64,000 nucleotides of DNA. It comes from Dudresnaya verticillata (taxonomy: Eukaryota). Location: contig OZ374560.1 of NCBI GenBank assembly GCA_977862235.1, positions 1,302,001-1,366,000 of the forward strand, in the 5' to 3' direction. The translations under genes and the position numbers were made by a program. Under the pieces are notes generated by a model. The model saw only the letters and a program-made list of their open reading frames with translations, was not told the origin of the DNA and made no database searches. Shown in pieces: positions 48,155 through 61,476 of this stretch; within the stretch, counting starts at the first letter, position 1; each line of letters begins with the position of its first letter.

Positions 48155-48814
48155 CTAGATTGACTCCTTACGAGGGACTTGCATCCCATTGTAGTGCATC
48201 AGCCTCGCTGTCTTCATGTTTGTCTTCACCGTGCTCAGGTCCACCATCCGGACCACATTACTAGGCGTCACGGATGCTGTAGCGGATGGAGAAGGCGTCG
48301 ATGATACCGATGGAGTTGGTGATGGTGAGTAGAGCGGAAGCATGCTTTCGCAGACAAAGTCCGGCAAGATGCCGAGGAAATCATAGATGATATCCTGTCT
48401 GGCGGAGATAGCCATGCGCGAACCACCAACGGTTTGCTCGACGAAGCACCTATTGCACATGATGTCAATAGTTCGAAGGATCCTCTTGAGGGAGATACGG
48501 CCGTTACGTTCGTAGCGGCTGCAGGACGCGCGGAAGCGACGCGGGGCCTTGCGGAACATTTCTCTGCAGGTTGCTGTCTGGTCTCTCTGGATCAGACCCT
48601 TCTCCCAGGTGATGTAGCACAGGCACTTGAGGTCTGTTTCGACGCGGACGTCTTCGCAACGCTTGCCTGTGCCGAGCGTGATAAAACTTTGCTTGATGGA
48701 AGTTTGCAGCATGGGCATGGCGTCTTCCTGAACATTGGGGACGGAATGCGCGGACACAGTGGATACGGCGATGAGCACAATGGCTGCGACCAGGATTGCG
48801 GAGAAAGACATCAT
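48155..48814 (-). CDS. Secreted cysteine-rich protein with an S/P/T-rich segment (219 aa)
   Basis: Signal peptide MSFSAILVAAIVLIAVSTVSA, about 8 Cys, PSPTPSVSSTPSPS, and an upstream TATA-like TATTAAATATA near 49050-49060. Confidence 0.8.
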   Translation of the reverse strand: MMSFSAILVAAIVLIAVSTVSAHSVPNVQEDAMPMLQTSIKQSFITLGTGKRCEDVRVETDLKCLCYITWEKGLIQRDQTATCREMFRKAPRRFRASCSRYERNGRISLKRILRTIDIMCNRCFVEQTVGGSRMAISARQDIIYDFLGILPDFVCESMLPLYSPSPTPSVSSTPSPSATASVTPSNVVRMVDLSTVKTNMKTARLMHYNGMQVPRKESI

Positions 48815-49903
48815 GCTTGATGGGCTTTGTGGGTTGCAAACGATTTTTGTGGTTTGCGTGTTTGTGTGCTTTGTATGAAGCGGCGTTGGGGTTGTGCGTG
48901 TGTGTCCGAGTGGGCGCGCGTGTGCGTGTGTGTGTGTGTGTGGTAGGTCGGTGGCGACAGGGTTGCGAGGGTGTTGTTGTTCTTGTTGTCGTTTGTGCCG
49001 ATGGTGTTGTTGTGTTGTGGCTGTTGGTGAGGTTGTACGGCGCTCAAAGTATATTTAATACGAGTAGGAGGGCAGACGCACGTAGAAGACGACGACGACG
49101 ATGACGATTGCAAAGGTGATTACGAGGATTGTGAAAGGGTAGGACAAAGGGAGGGAGAGAGAAAGAGAATGGGAGGTTCCCGAGTCACTCGCAGAGGGAG
49201 AAGGGGACAAGACTAGGACAGCGAGAGCCCGGGAAGTTGTTGGGCGTTGGTAGGCGTTGGGTGTGGGGAGGGATTGGAGGGGAGTTGGGGGATAAGAGGG
49301 GGGTATTTGAGGAGTTGGGATGGGCAGAAGCTAAAACTGGTGAGAGGTATCGGTGAGTATCAGGAATCCAGTATCAGGTATCAGGCATCACAATGCGGGG
49401 CTGGGGGGCGGCGAGAGGGCGGGCGAGAGGTTGGGCGAAAGGTTGGGCGAGAGGTTGGGCGAGAGAGAGAGAGAGAGAGAGAGACGAGACAGAGTAGAGC
49501 GAGCGAGCGGAGCGTGGGGCGGTACGGTTGGTACACTGTGTGGCGGTGGTGGGGAAATGATAGTCCGTTGCCGGTCGGGGCATGGCGGGATATTGTGTTG
49601 GGGTGTGTGTGTGTGTGAGAGATGGATGTGTTGGTTGCGGCTGTGGTTGTGTGCGTGGTTGTTTATTTCTTGTGCGAGGGTGAGCTAAGGTAAGGAGGGA
49701 GCGCGGCGCGAGGGCGGCGCGGGGGCGGCGCGGGGGGGGAGGGAGGCCGCTGTGAACACACCGCGCGACCGCGGCGGAATGGAAACGAGTGAAGGTACTG
49801 TACTGTATGAGCGGCGCGTTTTGATGTGCGCGTACAGTGCGCAACGGAGTGATCTGCGCGCGCAGTACGGGCCGCATGGGCCGCACGGCCCGCCACGGCA
49901 CAT

Positions 49904-52274
49904 ATGCAGCCGCGCGCGCGCCATTACACTCAGTCGGACACACTCGCAGGCGCTGCTCGCCGCGCGCCGCGCCGCCGCGCCGCAACACTTAAACTCCTCC
50001 GCGCCGCCGCCGCCGCCCGCGTCGTACACTCAACTGCCCCGCGCGCCACCGCCGCGCCCGCCCCCGTCGCCGCGCCGCCGCCGCCACCGTGGAACCCGTC
50101 CTTACACCACCGCCGTCTCCCGCGCCCGCGCCCCTACCCCCCCGCCGCCCCGCTCCGCTCCCTCCCCCTCCCTCCCCCCCTCCCCCCCTCCCCCCCGGCC
50201 CCCCCCCCTCCCGCCCCGCCGCGCCGTCGCGCGCGGTCGCGCCCCATGCCGCCGCCGCCGCCGCCGCCGCCGGCCTCCCCGCCGGCCGCGCCGGCCCCGT
50301 CTGCCGCGGCCGCGGCCGCCGCAGCAGCCGCCGCCGCCGCCGCCGCCACCGACGCAGCCCATCTCGCCGCGCTGCACGCGCGCCTGTCCGCGCTGCAGCG
50401 CCGCTCCACGCGCCGCATCGGCCCGGCAATGGCCTTCTTCGTCCCGTTCCTGGTGCGCTCGCCCACGCTCGCCTTCGTGCGCTGCACCATCTGCATGCCC
50501 GACCCGCTGCCGCCGTCCGTCGAGGCCTCCGTGCGCGCAGAGCTGCTCGCCAACGGCGGCGGCTCGGGCACGCCCGGCGCGAAGACCTGCCGCATCCGCG
50601 GCTTTGTCGCACGCTCGTCGGAGACCGCTGCCGGCGGCACGTCGTCGCTGTTCAACCACGCGCACCGCTCGCACCCCGCCTTGCTCGCGGCTCTGCGCCG
50701 CCTCGTCGGGGAGGACCTCCCCGCAAAGCGCGCGCGCTCCTCCGCCGCCACCGCCGCATCGCACGACCCCGCGGCAAAGCCCCGCCGACGCCGCCGCCGC
50801 GTCTCGCGCGCTAGCAACCCCGCCGCATCCGCATCCGCATCGGCATCCGCGCACGCCCCTTCCTCCTCCCCCTCGGCTGCAGCCGCCGCAGTAGCCGCCG
50901 CGGCAGCCGCTGCCGCCAACGCACTCGTGCACTCGCACTCGCACCCGCACCAACATCAACACCAGCCCCCGCCGCTGCTCCCGCCGCCGCTCCCGCCGCC
51001 GCTTCCGCCGCCGCCTGCCCCGCTCCCGTCCCTTACGCAGTCGGTCGCTGCAGCCGTCGCCTCCGCAGCTGCAGCCGCCGCCGCCGCTAGCACCACACCC
51101 GCCAGCGCCACCGCCCCGCCACTGCCCCCGCCATCGCACCATCTCACTGCCGCCATCGCACACTGCGCTGCTTTGCTTCCGGCCCCGGTCTTCCGAGCCC
51201 CAATCCTATACCACAACCCCGCCGCCGTCGCCGCCGCCGCCGCCGCCCTACCCCTCGCCCCGCTCGCCCTGCAACCTACCACCGCCTACCTGCGCGCCCG
51301 CCTTGCCCCAACACATGTCCGCCCGGTTCTCAACCCTGCCGTCTACGCCGCCGTCTCGCTCGACCCGTGGCGCCCGGGCCTGTACGCAGTCAATCTCCAC
51401 GTCCTCACCCCCACCTCTCCACCGGTCCCGACAATGCGCAACATCGCCCTGCTGCGCCCGCTACCGTCTCCTAACCGCCCGTCAGCCACCATCCTCGACC
51501 TCCGCGACGCCCTCTCCGACTATGGCCTGCGCAACCGCGTCCTCGCCGTCCTGCACCGTCCGCGCCCGGGAGACCCTCCGCTGCGCGTCGTCGTCGCAGA
51601 CCCCACCCTCCCGTCCCACCACCCAGACCCTCCCCCGCTCCTTCCAGACATCACCGGCGACCACTGCTTTCACGCCCGCTGTCTTTTCTCCGCCGTCGCA
51701 GACGCCGTAGACCGCTTGACAGGCCTCGCACCCTCGGTCGCAGAACATGGCCTACGCGATGACGACGACCTTGAAGAGGATGCCGTTCACATTGGAGACA
51801 CCGTTGTCGCCCACGACGAACGACCAGGCGACCACCATTCTCACGCCCAGCCGGACGATCCACAGCAGGACCACCGCTCGCATCAGCCCTCGCTCGTATT
51901 ACGCGGCATTGCAGAGGCCTCGCTGGCTTCCACCACCGCCCTTGTCGCAAAACTGCTCTCCGCATTGGCAGAGCCGCAGGCCCAGACTGATCTCGTGCGC
52001 ATGCTGGGCGGCGGCGGCGGCGGCGGAGGCGGCGGCGATGACCCAGCCCTTAACGCTCACAGTACAAACCACCGCATGCATATGCCTGTATCGACAGGGC
52101 CAGAGCATGGCCCAGGCCAAGGTCAAACACATCACGGTCAGCATCCGGTTCAGCAGCAGCAGCAGCAGCAGCGGACCCAGCAGCCACCGGTTGTTACCAC
52201 GCAAGCGCAGTCGCAACATCAGCAGCCGCAACCAAACCATCATCATTCGGAGCACGAACAGGCGAATCAGCAGC

Positions 52275-52326
<52 letters not shown>

Positions 52327-53962
52327 GCAGCAGCAGCAGCAGCAGCATCAGCAACGACAACAATCATCATCACATCATCAGTCGACCTCGGAGCAAGCCC
52401 AACAACATCAACATCAGCAACACCAACAACGACAAGAACAACAGCAGAACCATAATCAGCAGTCGCAATGCTCTCCAATAATTGATACGACGCAACACTC
52501 ACAGTCGCATGTCAATAGCAATGGGGTCGTCCTCCAGTCTGTTACGAACGGCTTTGCGGTATCGGACTTGCAACACCCTCCTCCGCAATCCCACCCTCCT
52601 CCGCCACAACTACCCCCACCACCACCATTACCTCAACACTCCCAAGCGCTGTCAAATCATCATCACCATGCGCAACCGGCGCCGAACCATCAACAGCTAC
52701 CGCGACTGCCAAAGCCATGGGTGAAAGGGTCTTGTCTCTCTCTCTTGGCTGAATGGGAAGCATTGTGTTCTCTGAGTCAGCCAGTAAATGCGTTGCTGGA
52801 GAATGGTCTTCTTGACCGACGCGAAACGATGTACGACGAGCACTGGGTCATTGTTCGGGCTGTTGTGAAAGCGCTTGCTCCCGTGCGAGACTGTTTGGGG
52901 GACGCAAAAGGTTGGATCATGCTTCCAGACGCACTTATCAAGCTTGTCAATTTGGTTTATGTGATCTGTGACCGGTTGACGGAGATTGATGCCCTGGTTG
53001 ATGAGTTTATTGTGCCCGGAGCAAAACTCTCGTCTCTTCGCCAATACATGGCAGAATTTCTACAGTCGCATCGCATTCTGCAAGAAGACGCTGATGGTTC
53101 AACCGCGGTTGTCACAGTCCTGGAGGGATATCTGCTGAACAATTTGTTGGACGACCTCTATCCGTTGATTCGCCCGCTGATCGATTACGTTCCCAAGCAG
53201 GCGCATTGTATCATTGCTCTTGCTCTGGACCCTCGGTACTGCTCGCTTGCAAGTCTGGTGTCCCTCAACAAGAAGTTGCTTCAAGGGTCGCGTCTGTGCT
53301 TCGAAAAGGACTTTCAAAATGTGGGATCACCGCCGCCGGCGGACGATACCACGGTGCGTAAACGCGTCCTTAATGTGCTATCGCGATACGACAATGATGT
53401 CATCGTTCGCATGATGCTCGCGCTGCGACCCGTGATTTCAGCAAATGGGAATGGAGATGCCGAGACGTCGATGATGCAAGCTGCCGCAGCTGCGGCGGCA
53501 GCGGGGCCAGAAGCGGAATTGGGGCTGTTTGCGGAGACCTTTGACCCAACGGATGACTGGAAGAAACGGCAGCAACTCACCGTTGAGATCTCAAAATTCC
53601 GCGCCTTCAAGAAGAGCATTGCCAGAACGGCCGACGCGCAAGATTGCTTGGCGTGGTGGGAAAGCAATCGCGAGCTGTTTCCAAATGTCGCCGCCTTGTT
53701 CCGGCACATCGTCACCATCCCGGCGTCTCACGTCCCCGCGCAACGCCTGCTCAATCCGTCTGCAGCCTCGCTGGCACATGCGCGACGTGGTATTTCCACC
53801 AGGGGGCTCCCGGATATTGTTTACGTGCACGAGAATCTGTCCGCACAGGCCGTGGCTGAAGTGCTGGGCGAAAGGAAGGATCTTCTAGTAGACGAAGACG
53901 ACATTGGGGAGAGCGATCTTGACAACTTGCTCGATTTGGCACCCGATCTGTTTTCGTCATGA
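49904..53962 (+). CDS. BED-finger/hAT-transposase-derived protein, probably domesticated; start may be ATG 50246
   Basis: CTIC...GTSSLFNHAHRSH (BED-like), VSLDPW, W....AVVKALAP, ALDPRY and hAT dimerization domain CLAWWESNRELFPNVAALFRHIVTIPAS. The ORF is intact and has polyQ, polyP and polyA tracts. Confidence 0.85.
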
Positions 53963-56380
53963 GACTTGAGAATCGCTCAGTCACTCTTGCAGAAATGCGA
54001 AACTGCAATGCCCAGTAGTAGTGCCAATGGTTTGGTCTGTCCCTCCTTGGACGCGAGTTTCGCTCTTCGGACTGAAACTTTGTACAGTACAATATACTCT
54101 CTACTATTACCAGCTGATGTTGTTACCACTTCTGATCATCGCAACGGAAAGTGTATTCCCGAGTACCCCCTGAGCGCATGGCGCTTTGCTGCGCCAAGGT
54201 GATAACTTTCAACTCGTTGTTGTTGTTGTATTCCTTGCCATCGTTACAGTTGCGAGTGTATCTTGGAGTTGATGGATCAATGAACTCACAACCAAACACG
54301 CAACCAAACACATACGCAGCTGACAAAGTCATTATCCTCTATTTATGTAGCATGGTGTCAACCAGTTGGATGTATATGATTCTCTCTTGCCGTTTCTCGC
54401 TATGCTCCATGACTTGCCAGATACCGCTCACCACTTTGACCATTCAGTATAAAATCATTGCATGGCGATGGCCAGCTCACTCGGAATGTGGAGAGTATCA
54501 GCTGTACCACCAAGTTTGAACCGAGGGCCTGGCGTAGCGCGGTAACAAAGGTGTATAGCGCTACTACAGTATTGTTCGATGGCAGCCGCTCTCAAGTCTT
54601 TCGTAGCATGAATAAGATTCTTCCGTATGGTACCGGAACTATAACTGCTGTTGCAGCTGTTATGCTTCCTTGGTAGATTTGTACAAAGTCTCAGGAGTGC
54701 CTTATCTCTCATTTGCTTACATCGCCCGTAGATGGGTGGATGTTGTTATATGTTTTGTTCGCCGAGCCTTTCGTTGTGAATCTTTGGCACTGGTTGAACT
54801 ATCGATAGTTGCAATGTTGTGTACAGCATGCGTTTGGCTTTCTGTGCCTCTTCTGGCAGACCACCACGGTTGTTCTTGCTCTAGAGAGAATGAACAAAAC
54901 TCCCATGTCGTGCTGCTTTGGGACGAATATACACCCATGGATGTAATTTTTGCCAGAGGTGTGCACCAAGCGCTTGGACGCGGTGTGTGGCAGATAGGTC
55001 CAGCTACAACCGATAGGCAGTCAGTGGGCAAACTTCTAAACTCCCACGGTGCTTTTCGGCACTGCATGCGCCAAAGCTGTGGAGAATTGTATCACTTTTT
55101 CCCGGACTTTCTCGTGCGAGAATGGCCTCGTGTGGCGTAAGGATGAATTGTCTTTACAAAACGACTGCGTCGCATCTCGTCAGTTGCAACAATTCATCGG
55201 AACAACTCCCATCCTACGCCGCAGGAGCAACGAGTAGGAAAAATAAGCACGTGAAGTGATGCTCTTGAGCCCGACAGCTTGCGCTCCTGACCGTGCGCCC
55301 GGGAATAAGTCTGCTCATCCAAAAGGATATATCGGAATCCGTAGTAATGTATTCCATACACCATTGCGTCTCGTCAGATGTAGAGCAATGTATGGTATTA
55401 GATGACCGTGTTGACCGTGTCATTAGCTCGGGGTCGCACATTCGTTGCAATGGGGATGTCTGCGCCTGTGTACACCATCCCTTTCGTGAGGAGAACCCAT
55501 GACCTCGAATCTTTGTTTGCAAGGCAGGGTCTGAAAAGCGCGAATTGAAAGAATCCATAAGCAATACCGGCAAGAGGTAGATCTCTGCTTGGCCGCTAAA
55601 CTTTCTCCCCAGTGTTACAGGAGGGTGGCACAGGACGTGACTGGCTGTCAAGCTGGGCGGTCCTTGCTATTGCAAGCAACACGGGTGGCTGCAGAGGCTC
55701 GGCCATGTTCTCGTGGTACGGTATTGAGCTTGCAAAAGAGGGTGTCTGCTGTCAAGCATCAATGGATTCGCATTTGGGAAGCGAGGCCGTACATAGGAAG
55801 TACAGTCCGACTCGAGCCCGACTCAAGCCCGAGCTCAAGTGAGATTCAAGCAGTAGAGACGGCACATTGTTAGGCTCGTACAAAAGTGCGTTAGACCTTA
55901 GTCAGAAGTGTCCGGTTCCTTTCGAGGGAAAGAGCACATCGACTCCGACTCGACTCGGCGAGAAAGGGGTTTCGACCGCCCGCGCGTAAACAGTGTCAGC
56001 TCGGCCCCTTTTCGGGATACAAAATATTTCTGCCGCGGGCCGGGGGCTCGTGCTACTCCCGCGCGCACACTTTGGGCGCGTCAACAAAGTTCGGCAATGC
56101 TCCCGCTACTTTCCATATGTGTTGCTCGGGCCGTTTGCCCTTCACGCGTTCAACAGTGCTGGTGCCTCATCGTCGCGCCGCCGCTTCCATGAAGATGGCA
56201 ATTCTTGTTGTTCTACATAACTCAGCCGCTACGCATCCAACCAATTCCTGACGTCGACCCCGCCTGCCACTTCGTTGCATCACGCCACGCCATCTCTTCC
56301 GCTCCGCTTCGTACCGCCCGGGCGTCGTGTGCATGCGCGACATCGACAGTGAGGAGCTTGCGACTTCCACACCGTTCGGG

Positions 56381-56959
56381 ATGCCTTTGCAATTCCGGAC
56401 CTCGCTGGCCTTCGTGGCAGTCGTGGTCGCATCGTGCAGCATCGAAGCCCAAGCGCAGAAGATATGGGTCCCAGAGTTCTACCGAAAGGATTGCCGCGAA
56501 TTTCGGGAGCTACTACGAGAGCATACAGACGTGTCGCGGTTTGATCGCAAGCATGCCACGAATCTTGGCATAGCAGCAATGGTGCTGTTTTGGACTGGAA
56601 TCCCTTCCTTTCCACTCGGGATTGCCTCGATATGGACGGGCAGGCGCATGAACACTGACGCTCATAGGGCTATGGTCGACAAAGGCGTTCGCTATGAAAA
56701 CTACGAAGAGGTCAATAAGCTTTGTGCAAAGCTGCTTGAGGAAGAAGAGCTTGAGATGGTAACTTTCCGCGGCAAGAATAATGCGGCAATCATTCTCGGG
56801 GCTATCGCAATCGCATTAGGAGCAGTGGTTGTTTTCTTCCAGGGATGCTACGGCGTTCTGTTGTGCTGCATGAGAGAGCCCAAAACGACATACCCAGATA
56901 ATCGCTCAGAAGAAGACACCGCGGACGATGAAGACGAGGACGAGGACGAGGATGTCTGA
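56381..56959 (+). CDS. Unknown membrane protein, paralog A
   Basis: Signal peptide, internal hydrophobic segment, C-terminal TM helix, Cys cluster and acidic tail. Homologous to 58419-58946. Confidence 0.8.
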   Translation: MPLQFRTSLAFVAVVVASCSIEAQAQKIWVPEFYRKDCREFRELLREHTDVSRFDRKHATNLGIAAMVLFWTGIPSFPLGIASIWTGRRMNTDAHRAMVDKGVRYENYEEVNKLCAKLLEEEELEMVTFRGKNNAAIILGAIAIALGAVVVFFQGCYGVLLCCMREPKTTYPDNRSEEDTADDEDEDEDEDV

Positions 56960-58418
56960 CAACGATGCAATCAATTGAATGTCGACGATGAGAAAATATC
57001 GCTTCCCGTAGAGTTTCGGATGGGCGCGGAGTCTATCCCCGTTTTCGTGTACCCTCGGCCGATGCAAGGGGAAGTGTATGTAAAAAGAGACAAGTCATGT
57101 GCAAGCGTTATTTCGACTAGGGGTTAGTGCAGCGTGGCCGCTTGCTAGTTTCTCTCATAATATTTCGAAGCGTTGCCGAGTGTCTTGCTACTTCGCGTTC
57201 AGCAACGGGCGCAGGGCGTCCCTACCGAAGGCGCCTTCGGACCCGAGATGAGTACAGTCCTCCCGGGAAGTGACTGATGTCAAATAGATCTTGAATGCCG
57301 TTAACGGCTATCCAGAGTGTCTAGAGACTTGACGAGCAAAAGATCCTCAGCATAATGCGGCTGAGGTTGCGGCTACGTACTGTGCAAGATAATGCTTACA
57401 TTGTATCTTTTCTCGAAAGCGGCTGGAGTTTCTCTATAGTCTATTCCCCAGTTGTTAGTTTGACGTGCGAGTTTCAACCGTCCTTTTGCACTGCTCATAA
57501 CGAGCGGACCCCTCTGCCCAGAATATATGCAAAGTGTTGGTTAATAAGGCCAGTGTTTGACCCGGTTATTCGTTATATTCTTCTTTGTGTATAAAGCTTT
57601 CAAATGTGCTGCAGCTCTTAAGGGGGTGCGTTTCTACGTCAAGCCAGACCATCAGCAAAGCTAAGTGATGACACGTCGGCAGCATCCACATTGGATATCG
57701 TCACAGTTTCAGTGCAACATTTTCAAAGTACGCGCAGGTCTCCTCGTTTTGTTTGTCCTTTTGCAGTACGGTGCTTGCCGGGACATAACTTTCTGCAAAA
57801 GCGTGGACGAGCTATATTGGGCCACTGACTGCGCTTACAATGATCTACTTTGACGTACTCTGTCCCACCACGCAAGTCTGAATAACCAGCCCGTTGTCCC
57901 CAGCACCCTCTGACGAGTCTTGCTGATGTCGGACCTATTGCTGAAGCCCTAACCTTCGCAAACTATTGCCCCACGCACCCTCCGAGAACCCTGCAGCTGC
58001 TGGACCGATCGCTGTTGTCCAAACTTAGACGCGCCTATAGTAGGACATCGAGTTCAAATTCGAAGTAGCATTGCATACAAACACCACGCCTGGAGATCTG
58101 CTGTTGCCCCATGCTGGCGGGCAGCTTGCCCGTTTTGCCACCTAGCCGCAGAGTTGACAGTAATGGGCACTGCTGCTCCAGAGGATCAGTCTGAGCGCTT
58201 GATGCAGTATGCTCCAGTGAAGAGGCAACCGTGGTGGCAATGTTTCAAAATCAAGATCGAGGAGCTATCGCTCTCGCAAAGGGGAGTTCTATGGTCTCAT
58301 CCTAGCTCTTTAACAAAGTTGTAGAGCAGTTTTTTTGGGACTTGACCTTGTTCAGTCTTGCAGAACGGTGAGAGATACGTTTCCCTTTCTAATGTCGTCA
58401 AGAAATTCATTCCATGGA

Positions 58419-58946
58419 ATGCCACTCTTCTCTCCGGTTCTCCTTCTTCTTCTTTTTCTTCTTTTTCTTCTTCTGCCTCGAGAAGGACAAGGGATTCAGA
58501 TTCAACTCGATTTGGATGGCTGCAAAGAGTTTCGGCTTCTGCTCGCGGAACACTCTGAGATTGCGAGCGGAGATCGAGAAATGAGCCGACGGCTTGGCTT
58601 GGCTGGACTGGCGCTTTTCTACGTCCCAGTTCTACCGTACGCTCTGATCACTGGAAGTTTTGTGTTGAACGTCAAGACCAAGACACGGGCAGAGAGGGCC
58701 TTGCGGACAATGGGCGTGACGGCGGAAAACTGGGAGATCTTCAATCATAAATGTGCAAATCTGTTGACGGCGGTGCAAAGAGTTGAGGTTTTGCCACTGC
58801 TTGGAAAATCTATGGAAACAGACGACCGTTTGAGCTACGCGCTTTGTGGCATCGCGCTTGTATATGCCACCGTAATACATGTTCTGTTGTTCGTGTATTG
58901 TTGCATCGAGTGTACCATCTTTAAAACAGCTGACTGTGACTGCTAG
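58419..58946 (+). CDS. Unknown membrane protein, paralog B
   Basis: Same architecture as paralog A. Shared motifs are C.EFR.LL.EH, DR....LG.A...LF, RA....GV..EN.E..N..CA.LL and CC after the TM helix. Confidence 0.8.
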   Translation: MPLFSPVLLLLLFLLFLLLPREGQGIQIQLDLDGCKEFRLLLAEHSEIASGDREMSRRLGLAGLALFYVPVLPYALITGSFVLNVKTKTRAERALRTMGVTAENWEIFNHKCANLLTAVQRVEVLPLLGKSMETDDRLSYALCGIALVYATVIHVLLFVYCCIECTIFKTADCDC

Positions 58947-59709
58947 CTCGTCAGTCGCAAGCAGTGGTCTTGGACTTTTCGGGTCACTATCACTACAGCT
59001 CAGGAGTTGGAATGTCCAATGCTTTCTTTCTGTTGGTAGAGGAGATGAGGCGTGAGCACTCTCCGCTAAGTTGAGAACAAGCAAGCACTCCGCTAGCTGC
59101 GGGAAAAATAACTTGTACCGGGTCTTGACCAGGGGCTGAACATGCACTCCAAATGGTTCTTGAGGGGCAATCCTGACGACAAAAACGCTACAATCCGAAT
59201 CCCAATGGTGCTGGCATCGGCATAAAACCTAAGAGTGCTTCGCCATGGAGTCGTTTTGTTAGAAACTTTTAACTTAACAAAGTTAGTTGCGTACTCTTTA
59301 CGCGTTATAATATAATATAAGTAGTTTGCGCAAACTTGCTCGCTTGCTTGATGGCTGTTGTAGCTTGATTCCATGTCCTACATTAGGCCCTTGTAAATAG
59401 TTGTTATACATTGTTTGGGGGCTTGCACAGCCTTCAGGAAAAAATACAAGGACGGGTCCGAAAGAGCTTGTGTATGCGTGTGTTTGCAAACGTGAGATCT
59501 TCATCGACGTGCGTCGGGAGGCTGGTGCCCCAATGCCACAGGGGCAAGGTCAGTGCACATGAGAGCCTCTCCCGCAGAACAACTAACACAATGCAACTTG
59601 TGTGTGCTCTCTCGTTCTCTCTCCCAGCAGTTGAAGTATCCAAATCTCACTCGTTTTCCACTGTTATTCGAATTCTTCTTCCACGAGACGACACGAAGTG
59701 CTTGCGACG

Positions 59710-61441
59710 TCATCGTACGTAGTTGATACCGCAGATGCTGATGCGAGAGGCGCGGCCCCTCAGCGGGTAACACGCCTGCCGCAGCTGCGCCGAGTTGGAG
59801 CGCGTATCCGTCGTCGTCCGGTCCACAATGATCAGCGTCGCGAGCTGGTCACAAGGGTAGAGCGCCTCAACGACCTCAACGAGCGTGCGCGTCTCGATAA
59901 CCTCGCGCTCGCCGGCCGTACGGAAGCCAAACGTGATGCTGACCTTGTGCAAGTGCCTTTGACAGTTGCGTGCCACCTGTCTAAAGGCGGTCATGTCAAA
60001 CTTTTGGCCGCCGACGTGCAGCTCTCGCAGATTGTGCGCATACCGTGCCAGCAGCTGTAGCGCCGAGCTCGCCAAAGCGCGCTCCAGGCCGCGAACGAAA
60101 AAGCTCATGGACAGGTTTTGCAACGTGGGCGCAGTTGCTTTCAGTATCGACTCGAGCGCCGGCTCCGTCAACGTGGACGCGCAGTCCAGACGCAGTTCGC
60201 GCAAGTTGGAGCAGTGGCGCCCCACCTCCCACAGGCTCTCGTCGTGGGCGAGCTGACTACGGTAGCGGAGGGTTCGGATCTGCGGGCCGAGAAGGTCGAT
60301 GACGTCGACATTGTACGAGTGGGAAAACAGCGAGGAGCCGTGTGAGATGGTAATCTCAGTGTTGGGGCATTCGGCGGCGATAAGCTGGATATCTGGCCGA
60401 AGTATCTGGCTTTGCTCGAGGTCGAGCTGGAGGAGCTGGTCGCCATAGCGCTGGCAGAGTCTTGCACACGCATTGCCGAGCGTGGGGCCGAGGTGGTAAA
60501 AGTGGAGGTGCTCGATGTCGACGCAATAGCGGCCAATCTGCTGCAGCAATGCCTCCTCCTCGGTGTCCATAATCCAAAACCGGGTGGCACCGAGCGAAAG
60601 CTTGGTCAAGCCCGGGCCGATGCCCATCCAGACCGGGGTCCAATCGTGGTCGAACATGCTGAGGCGTAGTGCAAGCGAGTGGACAGACGAGCAGTGGGTG
60701 GCAATGGAGTGGAGCTGAGACTCGGAGAGTGCCATACCTGTAGCGCCGACAATCTCAAGCTCTTTAAGCGTTGGCCATGAGGTCTCCAGAATGCGCTCGA
60801 GCGGGTAGTCAGGGTTGACGTCGCGCAGGGAGAGCTTGCGCAAGTTGGTGACGGACGTGACGTATGAGTTGACCCAGGTGGGCGGGAGCGAGCTCTTGGT
60901 GATGAGGAGCTCGCGCAGGGCTGGGCCTGCGAGGCGGAGGACGGCTGCCAGGTGCGGGACGTCGTGGGCAGTACGGGCGTCAATAACGGCGCCGGCTGCC
61001 GGTGGGGTGTAGAGCAGGTCCTCACGATAGCGCTCCGGGCGCGTGCGCAGGGCGATGAGACGGGCGCGGAACACGGCCAGGACGCGTGTGCAGGTGAGCG
61101 CAAAGGCCATGGCGTTGCGGGCGTTGGCGCGGGTGTCCCAGAGCGGGTGGAGCGAGCGCGGGCGGGAGGAGAGGTAGCGCAGGATGGTGTCCAGTAGCTC
61201 GTTGGGGAGGTGCAGCAGGGTGGTGGCGGTGGGGTTCGACGGGGGCGGCGGGGGCGGGGACGGGGTTAGCGAAAGGTCGGACCATGAGCGGTGCGGCTCC
61301 GCGGCGGTCGAGATTGGGGGCAGCGGGGTCGGGTGGCGTAGGACGGACGGGATGTAGCCGGCGACGTTGCCGTGCGGGTCCAGGGCCTGCTCGCCTGTGA
61401 CGGCGTCGGCCCAGGTGGCGTAGCGGACGTGTTGCGGAGGC

Positions 61442-61476
<35 letters not shown>

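Noticed and set aside
49374..51282. Overlapping alternative-frame and antisense ORFs around the hAT-derived gene (likewise 61022-62420)
   Set aside because: Shadow ORFs of very GC-rich coding and simple-repeat sequence.
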